DNA of 62,960 nucleotides, filler included, from Chrysochromulina tobinii (Eukaryota): the NCBI GenBank assembly GCA_001275005.1. It is 4 parts of 4 records of this genome, joined end to end, with 100 filler letters (N's around TTAATTAATTAA, not from the genome) between each part and the next. Parts side by side here need not be neighbours in the genome. Positions count along the whole stretch, not along the records: positions 29,876 to 48,005 come from JWZX01001013.1; positions 48,106 to 62,960 come from JWZX01001016.1; 2 more parts are not named here. The stretch is one strand, 5' to 3'. Made by a program: the position numbers and the translations under genes. Shown one piece after another: positions 45,957-55,494 of this stretch (its first letter is position 1; each line of letters opens with the position of its first letter). The notes below the pieces were generated by a model. That model searched no databases. It was given only the letters and a program-made list of their open reading frames with translations, and had not been told where the DNA came from.

Positions 45957-47180
45957 ATGCTTGCACGCCGTGCGCCAGTCCTATCTGCTGCGCTGCGCTC
46001 TCGTGGCCTTTCCCGCCTTGCCGCGGTGTCGCACTCACTCCTTCCGCCGCAGCTGCCCGGAAGGCCGTTTGAGGACGAGGCTGACGAGATGGTGTTGAAG
46101 ATCATGCATGGGATGGCCGTCCGGTGCCACGCTGCCGGGAACGTGCACAGCGCCGTGAATGGTTTCCGTGCGGTGCTGAAGAGCCGCCAAGCCGGCGCGA
46201 GCGCCAAATCGCCGTGCACCTTGCACGCCATGGGCAACCTCGCCGCGTGCTTGCGCCAGGCCGGCGAGCTCGCAGAGGCCGAAGGGCTCGCCCGCGAGCA
46301 GGTCGCGTGCTCGGAGCGCCTGCTCGGAGCGGCCCACCCGGATACGCTCGGCGCCAAATCCAACCTCATGGCCGTCCTGCGCGATGCCGGCAAGTACGAT
46401 GACGCTGAGCCGCTCGGCCTCGCGCTGCTTGAGGATGCAAGGCTCACGCTCGGGCCGACGCATGCGTCGACGCTCGCCGCCCAGTCCAACCTGGCGCAGA
46501 TTTACCTGGCGCAGGGACGGCACAAGGACGCGGAGCCGCTCATCCGTGAGGACCTTCGCCACTCGTCCCTCGTGCATGGCGCGCACCACACGGAGACGCT
46601 CGTCGCGCTTTCTAACCTCGCCAACGTGCTCACTGCGCAGCGCAAGCTCAACGAGGCAGAGCCACTTATGAGAAAGCACGTGGCGCTGTGCCGCGAGGTG
46701 CACGGCGAGCGCCATCCGCACACGCTCGTCGCGATCCACAATCTCGTCGAGCTGCTCCGCCGGCAGGGCGGCGCAGAGGTTGAGGCGCTGCTACTGCTGC
46801 GCGAGTACAGTGATGCGTCGTCGAGCGTGCTCGGCGAGCGCCATCCCGACTCGATCGACGCGGCCGAGAGCCACGCCGCGCTGCTCGTGCACCTCGGACG
46901 GCTGCCCGAGGCGATCCAGATCGTACGCAAGCTCCACGGCGACGCTCACGTCTGGACCATCTCGCTCCTCGATAAGCTCGTCCACCGCCTATGCGCGGAC
47001 GGGCAGCCTGCCGCGGCCGAGCCTTACGCGGTCGAGCTAGTGGATGCGACCGAGCGCGCGCTCGGCGCCGACAACAACGCCATGCTTCGCTCGCGCTTGT
47101 TGCTCGCGGCCGTGCAGTCCAAGAAGACGGAGGAGGTGAAGCCGTACGGAGCGATTACCTACAAGACTCGAATCTATTGA
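45957..47180 (+). CDS. Kinesin-light-chain-type TPR protein, probable mitochondrial presequence
   Basis: 42-aa repeats LGxxHPxTLxAxxNLA; Arg-rich N-terminus MLARRAPVLSAALRSRGLSR. Confidence 0.85.
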   Translation: MLARRAPVLSAALRSRGLSRLAAVSHSLLPPQLPGRPFEDEADEMVLKIMHGMAVRCHAAGNVHSAVNGFRAVLKSRQAGASAKSPCTLHAMGNLAACLRQAGELAEAEGLAREQVACSERLLGAAHPDTLGAKSNLMAVLRDAGKYDDAEPLGLALLEDARLTLGPTHASTLAAQSNLAQIYLAQGRHKDAEPLIREDLRHSSLVHGAHHTETLVALSNLANVLTAQRKLNEAEPLMRKHVALCREVHGERHPHTLVAIHNLVELLRRQGGAEVEALLLLREYSDASSSVLGERHPDSIDAAESHAALLVHLGRLPEAIQIVRKLHGDAHVWTISLLDKLVHRLCADGQPAAAEPYAVELVDATERALGADNNAMLRSRLLLAAVQSKKTEEVKPYGAITYKTRIY

Positions 47181-48005
47181 GCTGTCTCAGCCGCAACGCA
47201 CCGAGCGACGCGACAGCACCTTGTACCATTAGCGATGGGTGCCCGCATGGCCCTCCTCTGCACGAGGGCACCTTGTACCATCGATGAGCTGAGCATGAAG
47301 ATCAGCTTCAGATACGCAGCACAGGCGGTGGTGCGGCTGGGCCACCTGAAACTGTGTGAACGGCGAATCTCGCTCGTCTCAGGGGACGGTCTTCATTTAT
47401 TGCTGAATGTTCCGCGCACTGACCACTGTCTGCTGCCCGCCAGACCATGGATTCGACGCGGTGTATAATAAAGAATGCCACAATGTGTGCGAGTCCCGTC
47501 TATGCGTAAACGAAATAGAAAATTTCAGAAATACTATCGACTCTCGATCGAGCTAGTCGCATTCGTTACATTCGGTGACGCGCGACACGCCGTGTCGCGT
47601 CACGCCCGGTCCTCTGCCGACTCCTCAGACGGTGTGGGCGGGTCCCGCTCGTTCGACGTTGAGTGAAGCTGAGATCAGGTTGCGCACCTGGCAGAAGTGA
47701 ACTTTTTTTGAGCGCGCCGCAGGCGAGGAAAATTTCGACATGTAACGGCGGTGGTGACATGTATACGGCTAACCTATACATAGTAAGATTCCCCAGGATC
47801 TAGCATCTACACTACATTCGAGTAATTTTGCTCCATGAGTGCTGCATGCGATGCATCTTTGACAGGATGCTCTCTGACTCCCCTCTGCAGACTGCACACG
47901 CCCCGGTTGGCGGCTAGTAGAGCCGCGTCTAGCCGGCCCGTCGCCCGAGATCATTGTTGAGCCGCGCGAACGCTTCACTACAGGCAAAGCGAAGACATTG
48001 CCAAA

Positions 48006-48105
48006 NNNNNNNNNNNNNNNNNNNNNNNNNNNNNNNNNNNNNNNNNNNNTTAATTAATTAANNNNNNNNNNNNNNNNNNNNNNNNNNNNNNNNNNNNNNN
48101 NNNNN
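48006..48105. other. Artificial contig join
   Basis: 100-nt N/TTAATTAATTAA/N spacer. Confidence 0.97.
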
Positions 48106-48296
48106 ATCAAGGCCAATCAGGGGGTTCATCAAGGCCAATCAGGGGGGTCATCAAGGCCAATCAGGGGGTCATCAAGGCCAATCAGGGGGGTCATCAAGCT
48201 CGCACCTGCTCCGTGCCCTCATCAGGGGTCATCAAGCTCCATCAAGGCCAATCAGGGGGGTCATCAAGGCCAATCAGGGGGTCATCAAGCTCGCAC

Positions 48297-50918
48297 CTGC
48301 TCCGTGCCCTCATCAGGTAGGGCGTGCGCCTCAATCCATTCCCCAAGGGCCTCGGCCTCCTCCGGATCTTCCCACAGCACATGAGGCAGCACCGCGATCG
48401 TGTCCACCACCGTCACCGCACGCCGCCCATGGGCCGCCGCGCATGACTGCAGCAGCTGCGCGGCGCGCCGGAGTCGCCTGTCAATTAGGGGTCAATCAAG
48501 GTACAATTAGGGGGCAATTAGGGGTCGCGCCGGAGTCGCCTGTCAGGCACGTAGCCATTAAGGTCAATTAGGGGGCAATTAGGAGGGTCAATTAAGGTGC
48601 AATTAGGGGCAAGTCGGGCGGAGTCGCCTGTCAGACACGTAGCCGCCCCCCTGCCCGTCGACGCCCTGATCGCGTGTGAAGGCACGAGCATCGCGCAGCA
48701 GCATTGCCACGTGTCGCGGCAGCTCCACACTCTTGGCGGCGACGCGCACGTGCTCGAGCACCTGCCATCAACGGCAATCAATGACAATCAGCGTCCAATA
48801 GGGTCCATCTCGGCACGATCTCGAGCACCTGCCGTAGCGTGAGCTCGGGTTGTTCCAAATTAGGAAGCCCGGTCCGCTCCAAATCTGGAAGCCCGATGGC
48901 GCAACCCCCCGGGTCATCAGCGCCCGACTCGGCGCGTCCGGCGACCCCAAGCAGCAGCTCGAGCACGCCGTCGTCCGAAACGGGCGTCACTCGTCGACGC
49001 AAGAGGAAGCGATCGTACAACGCAGCGAGCTCCTCCGACTCCGGGCCTGCCATGGGGTAATTAGGGGGCAATTAAGGACCAATTAGGGGACAATTAAGGT
49101 ATAATTAGGGGCAGGTAGGGCCCATCAGATGCCAATTGGAAGGCATGCAGAGGGGCAATCAGGAGCAGTCAATCAGTGGGGCAATCAGAGAGGTCATCAG
49201 GAAGGCAATCAGGGAGGCCATCAGAGGACGCACCCTCATTCGAAGCCGCAATTAGGGAGGTCATCAGGAAGGCAATCAGGGAGGCCATCAGAGGACGCAC
49301 CCTCATTCGAAGCCGCGACCGCCGAGAGCAATTAAGGCAATTAGGGCAATCAGGGAGGCCATCAGAGGACGCACCCTCATTCGAAGCCGCGACCGCCGAG
49401 AGCAGAGGTACACACTCGCGCGTGGCGCCGTCGTCAAAGAGCCGCTCGTTGAGCAGTGTGAGCAGAGTGTTGAGGATGGCGGAGTTGGCTTTGAATACCT
49501 GATGAGAGGGGCAATCAGACTGATGAGGGAGGCAATCAGTGTTGAGGATGGCGGAGTTGGCTTTGAATACCTGATGAGGGGGGCAATCAGGCGCAATTAA
49601 GGGCACGCTTGATGGTCATCAGTGTCACAAGGTGGCCATCTGAGGGCACTCATCAGTGGCAATCAGACCTCGTCCAAAAAGAGGAGCTCTGCCGCGGGCG
49701 CATAGCCAGCCGTCGCCCGTCTATACTCGTCACGCTCCAGCGCCGCCAGGGAGAGCGGCCCAAAGAGTTCCTGTGGGGTCGAGAGGCGCCGTGGTGAGCG
49801 CATGCATGCTGGGAGAGCGGCCCAAAGAGTTCCACAGGGTTCCAAGCGGCCTAAAGAGTGCCTCGGGGGTTGTGAAGCGCGTCAGGGTGCGCTCGAAGAG
49901 GCGGAGCTGGGCGGCGGAGGAGAGGCGGCGACACAACTCCGACTTGGCGGTGCCTGATGAGGGAGGCAATCAGGGAACCATCAGGGTTCATCAGGATTCA
50001 TCAGGGGACCATCAGCGGGTCAGCAGGGGGCAATCAGCCGCACTCAGCTGCACTCAGCTGAATTCAGTGGCAATTAGAAGCCATCAGCGGTCATCAGCGG
50101 TCATCAGCGGTCATCAGCGGTCATCAGCGGTCATCAGCGGTCATCAGCAGTCATCAGGGAGGTCATCAGCGTACCAGGCGGGCCGAGGAGGAGAAGGTGT
50201 TCGCTGCCAACCAGGGCCAGCAACAGCAGACGTGCCTCTGTGCCACGCTCCACGAGGCCACTCTCGAGGACTCGACCGGCCGTCTTCAGAGCCGCTGCCA
50301 TTGAAGCCCGATCGCAAGCAGCAGCACCAGCACCAGCAGCACCAGCAGCACCAGCACCAGCACCAGCAGCACCAGCACCAGCAGCGCCAGCACCAGCAGC
50401 ACCAGCACCAGCAGCACCAGCAGCACCAGCAGCACCAGCAGCACCAGCACCAGCAGCACCTTCAGGCTGGGTCGACAGCGCGCATTCGAGCTCAGGGTCG
50501 TCACGTCGTCGCTCACTCAGCCGTTGCTGCACTCGTGCCATAGCGCGAGCGCGTAACGACATCGGATCCTCTTGCACAACTGTGTCGCCTTGCATGCGCA
50601 TCATTGCCCCCTGGCCTTGCATGCGCATCATCGCCCCTTGGCTGCGAGTTCCCTTCGTTACACGGGCACCTCTGATTGCATGCTGATTGCCTCCCTCATC
50701 ACGAGTTCCCTTCGTTACACGGGCACCTCTGATTGCATGCTGATTGCCTCCCTCATCACGAGTTCCCTTCGTTACACGGGCACCTCTGATTGCATGCTGA
50801 TTGCCTCCCTCATCACGAGTTCCCTTCGTTACACGGGCACCTCTGATTGCATGCTGATTGCCTCCCTCATCACGAGTTCCCTTCGTTACACGGGCACCTG
50901 CACCCGAGCGGCTCGCTG

Positions 50919-50957
<39 letters not shown>

Positions 50958-53900
50958 GCTGCTGCTGCTGCTGCTGCTGCTGCTGCCGCTGTGCGGTCGC
51001 GGCGCGCATCACCGCCAGTGGGTCGACATGGGCGAGACAGTCGTGGACCACGTCACACATCGCATCAAGGGGCGTCGGGCGTGGCTCGCCTACGAGAAGG
51101 CCGTGCACCTGTTTCACACAGGTCGACCGAACCCACTCAGAAAGATTAAAGAGAAACCATCATCAGGCACTCAGCAGGCCATCAGCATGCAATCAGCAGG
51201 CCCTCACCTCGAACCCCTGCTCGCGCTGCAGCCGTCGAAGGCGCGCGTGCGTGGGTGCATCCAGCGGCGGATCGGGTAGCTCGCCGTCCGAGACGAGCAA
51301 GATGTCGGCGCCGCTGTACACCACCTGATGAGGGAGGCAATCAGCATGCACTCAGGGATGCCATTAGGATGCCATCAGCGACCGCGAAGCTGGCCGGTGG
51401 CGGAGTGGTGCAATCAGAATCAGTCAGAAGCAATCAGAAGCAATCACCTCCTCCGCTACTGGAGTCTCAATCAGAAGCAATCAGAATGCAATCACCTCCT
51501 CCGCTACAGGAGTCTCGAGCACATCGAGGGCACGACGGAGGGGGCCTGCCACGTCAGTACCGCCGCCGAAGCTGCACACACGCGAGATCGAGCGGGAGAT
51601 TGATCGCACACAAGCGAGATCGAGCGGGAGATTGAGCAGAAAGGCGAGATCGAGCGGGAGATTGAGCATGGTGATGAGTGCACTCGGAGGCAATCATCAC
51701 GTGCACTCGGAGGCAATCAGAAGTGCAATCACATGCAGGGGTCATGAGTGGTGATCACCTGCATGCGAGAAAGTCGAGCAGTTTGACGAGACTTGCTCGG
51801 TCTGTGAGCCCAGCAGTCGAGCCACCAGCTCGGCGCCGGCGCCGACGCCACGTGTTGCTACTCGGCGGTGGGGTGAGCGCGAGCTCCGCCAGATCTGATT
51901 AGCGAGGCAATTAGGGAGGCAATTAGGGAGGCAATTAGGGAGGCAATTAGGGAGGCAATTAGGGGGTGAGCGCGAGCTCCGCCAGATCTGATGCATGCCC
52001 GAAGAGGCAAAGAGGATGGTAATTAGGGGGCAATTAGAGCGCAATGAGGGGATAATGAGGGGTAATTAGTGGCCATCAGCTGCAATCACGCGCCATCAGG
52101 GAGCGTGAGGACACTCACCGGATTGGCCCGAGAAGGCAAACAGGAGGCAAGGGCGGCCTGCCCCATGGGCGGCCTTGACAGCCTCAAGCACGACTGCCTT
52201 AGCAAGCTGCTCTCGCCCGCCTGCCATCGAATGGGACGTGTCCAAACATACGACCAGCGGACCGCCCGAGGTACGCGGCAGACGCGAAGGGCGCTTGGGC
52301 AACGGCCGCCCCGGCGCCTCTGCCCATCCCTCGAGTGCATAGCCCAAAAGTTGACGCTCGGCTAGCCGACGAAGGAAGAGGCGTCGGCGACCGCCACGGC
52401 GCTCAGCACCCGCCGACGGTGAGTCGCGAGCATCATCATGCCCATCATCATCTCCGTCATGCTCGTGGCCGTCCCAGTGCTTCGCGCCGTCCCGGGCACT
52501 CGCGGGCAACTTGGCGAGTAGGGCGAGCTCCGACGGGGCGGTGCGCGCGAGATCCCCAGTGCGCGTCAGCCCACCTGATGAAGGAGGCCATCAGAGGCAC
52601 TCAGAGGCACTCACGAAGTCATCAAGTAATCAGACCATCTGATGAAGGAGGTCATCAAGAGTACTGGGTAGTCATCAGGGGTGCAATCCGCCCACCAAGC
52701 TCCCGGGGTGCAAGAGGGTGATGAGGGAGGTCATCAAGGGTACTGGGTAGTCATCAGGGGTGCAATCAGCCCACCAAGCTCCCGGGGTGCAAGAGGGTGA
52801 TAAAGGAGGTCATCAAGGGTACTGGGTAGTCATCAGGGGTGCAATCAGCCCACCAAGCTCCCGGGGTGCAAGAGGGCTTAATGCAGCGGACGGTGCAGCA
52901 TTGGGATCGGCGAGACTCCCCGACCCGCGTACAGGCACGCCCTCTGACGTGGCACGCCGACCCAGGCTCGCGAGCAGCGTACTCAGCGCGTCGAGCTCAC
53001 TCAGCTGCCGTTGAACTACCTGATGAGCGTGGCATTTGTGACGTCATCAGTGACCATCAGCGGCAATCCGACGTCATCAGTGACAAATAGGAACAGCCAT
53101 CGGAGAGCCTCAGGGGTTCACAGCTGCGATTGGAGAGCCTCAGGGGTTCACAGCTGCGATTGGAGAGCCTCAGGGGTTCACAGCTGCCGATTGGAGAGCC
53201 TCAGGGGTTCACAGCTGCGATTGGAGAGCCTGAGGGGTTCACAGCTGCGATTGGAGAGCCTCAGGGGTTCACAGCTGCGATTGGAGAGCCCCAGGGGTTC
53301 ACAGCTGCGATTGGAGAGCCTCAGGGGTTCACAGCTGCGATTGGAGAGCCTCAGGGGTTCACAGCTGCGATTGGTCCACCCGACGTGCTTCCACAGCCCA
53401 TCCCGCAATCATGCGCAATCAGGGCGCCTCCTCAGTGGCCCTCACCTCGATCGTCTTCCACCCGACGTGCTTCCACAGCCCATCCCGCAATCATGCGCAA
53501 TCAGGGCGCCGCCTCAGTGGCCCTCACCTCGATCGTCTTCCACCCGACGTGCTTCCACAGCCCATCCGCCAAGCTGAACTGCTGCCCAGGCGCGGCGGTG
53601 AGGGCGCCAGCGTCGGCACCGGCTGCACCGCCGAGGGCCTCAATGGCGCGCACGCCCGCGAGTGGCGCGGACCACTCGGCGCCCAGCGCCTCGGCGAGCT
53701 CGCGCGCGAGATCGTCGATCTGCCGCGCGAGATCGTCCTCAGTCAGTGCCGCCGGCACGTCCTCGGCTGCCTCCTGATCCTCCTCGCAGAGCGTTGGCGC
53801 GCTTCCAAAGTCTTGGTCGGCTCCGGCGCGAGCGTCCGTTTCAAGCTCGGGCTCCTCGGCGAGCAGCTTGCCCTGCGCTTGGTCAAAGCTCACGGCCGCG

Positions 53901-54265
53901 CCGAGCACCGCTGTGAGCGCGGCAGCAACCAGAGACGGATGCCGGGCCGTCATGCGTGGCAAGCCGAGATCGCTCATGGTGCGCGTCAAGTGGCCGAGGA
54001 GGGGCTCGGGCGGCCATGGCGCGTCAGAGTCGATGCCGCCAAAGTCTGGGCAGCGCCCGGAAACGAGCGCGCGCCGCCATGCCGATAAGCCGCTCGCGGC
54101 CGCCGAGAGCTCTCCGAGGCTCGCCGTGGGCTCGAGGACGCCGGAGCGAAGCAGCCTGCCCACAAGTGGGTCATCGACGGCGGTGGCGGAAAAGGCGAAA
54201 CTCGGCGGAGGCCGAGCGGCCGGCGAGAAGAGAAGGCTGGGAACGAGGGCCAAGCCGATGAACAT
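48297..54265 (-). CDS. ViaA-like VWA domain fused to RavA-like MoxR AAA+ ATPase (3'-partial, 14 introns)
   Basis: Manually spliced exons: 54265-53528, 53019-52854, 52574-52119, 51894-51759, 51571-51496, 51324-51208, 51108-50898, 50669-50175, 49953-49862, 49770-49669, 49498-49375, 49046-48829, 48761-48628, 48477-48297. All phases agree. VWA motifs: [42 protein letters not shown]+ motifs: Walker A GPPGTAKS, TRFTTPEELFGPLS, Walker [35 protein letters not shown]. Confidence 0.88.
50670..50897. repeat. 57-bp tandem repeat x4 (putative intron 7 of the fusion gene, or an in-frame insert)
   Basis: Each unit is exon sequence GGTGCCCGTGTAACGAAGGGAACTCG plus TGATGAGGGAGGCAATCAGCATGCAATCAGA. The block is bounded by GT..AG on the minus strand. 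Confidence 0.9.
53098..53373. repeat. 30-bp intronic minisatellite, about 9 copies
   Basis: Unit GATTGGAGAGCCTCAGGGGTTCACAGCTGC. Confidence 0.95.
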
Positions 54266-54408
54266 GGGACCGGCCGTGCGCCGAACGGGGTGTGAACAAA
54301 CTGGTGTGAACTGACGGGCGAAGATCGCCGTGGGCGAGCTTTTTGGCACACACGATAACACGATTCGGGATGTTGACATTCCACGGGGCTCACACAGGCG
54401 CCACCGCA

Positions 54409-55239
54409 TCACAAAACTGTGCTGCCCCCCTCTTCCCGCTGGACCAGCCCGCGGCACTGGCCTATGCAGCGAACTAGGCTGCCCACCTCGTCGGTGATGC
54501 AAGAGCAGTTGCCACGGGCAAAGATGCCCGCGACTCTGTTCCCATGGTGGTGCTTGCTCTCGCCCTTGCTCTCGCCCGCATGCAGGTTCGTCAGAGCGGC
54601 CGAGACCGTAGGCGCTGCTGTGAACGGCCGCGTGTGCTCTCCGAAGCACTGGCCGTGCTCGCCGCGCCCAAACGCCCACACACGGCCCTCCACGTCCAGC
54701 GCGAGCGTGTGGTCGCTGCCGCACGCCGCGCTGACCACTCTCGTCTCCTCTCCGAGCTTCGGCACGATCGTTGGCTCGCGCTGCCAGACCTTGCCTTGCG
54801 ACCAGAGCACGGGCTGGCCGAGCTGGAGCCACCGGTCGCTGCCGCACACGTACAGCTCGCCCGCCTCCGTGACGAACGCCGAGTGGCAATCTCCGGCTGC
54901 GACGCCCACGACGACGCGCCCGGGGCCCTCGGGCATGGCGACGTGCCGAAGCGCGTAGGGCACGGCACGCTCGGCCGAAGCGATCCCGAGCTGCCCAAAG
55001 CGGTTGCCCGTGGCGTCGGTCGCCCACGAATACGCCCTTCCAAGCGCGCGAGCCACCGCCACGCAGTGGCTTGCGCCGCAGCTCAGCGCGTCCAGTTTGG
55101 GCAGCGCCGGCTCTATCGGCGGCAGCGCCTTTTTCGCTCCGGCATCGCTGACGCTCACGGTGCCGTCCGTGGTGAGGTGATAGGCGCGCCCATTGGAATC
55201 CGTCACCCGCCGTACATGTACGGGTGGCGGCGGCGCCAT
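54409..55239 (-). CDS. RCC1/BLIP-II repeat protein
   Basis: LSCGASHCVAV, NRFGQLG, VAAGDCHSAFVTEAGELYVCG and AACGSDHTLALDVEGRVWAFGRGEHGQ. Confidence 0.88.
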   Translation of the reverse strand: MAPPPPVHVRRVTDSNGRAYHLTTDGTVSVSDAGAKKALPPIEPALPKLDALSCGASHCVAVARALGRAYSWATDATGNRFGQLGIASAERAVPYALRHVAMPEGPGRVVVGVAAGDCHSAFVTEAGELYVCGSDRWLQLGQPVLWSQGKVWQREPTIVPKLGEETRVVSAACGSDHTLALDVEGRVWAFGRGEHGQCFGEHTRPFTAAPTVSAALTNLHAGESKGESKHHHGNRVAGIFARGNCSCITDEVGSLVRCIGQCRGLVQREEGGSTVL

Positions 55240-55494
55240 GGCCTCTGGTGAGGTCCTGACCGGTCGGGCCTCCTTGAGGAAAAGTCAAGGGAAAGTGTGA
55301 AAGCTTGTTCTCCTCAGAGACACTCCGTGTCACTACCCACGCATCCGTATGTACGCCGGTCCGGTGTCTTGGGTGTCGAATTCTAAACATTGGCTGTGAA
55401 AGAGTCGGTTCTCGGGGATTCTGGACGTGGTTGGAATCCTAGTTGTCTCTACAGAACTAGGGCCCAAAATTGCCAAAAAAAAGCTCCCTTGGCA

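Noticed and set aside
53501..55390. 629-aa ORF as one protein
   Set aside because: Its 5' part is an alternative frame over the RCC1-like gene; the credible start is the ATG at 54265.
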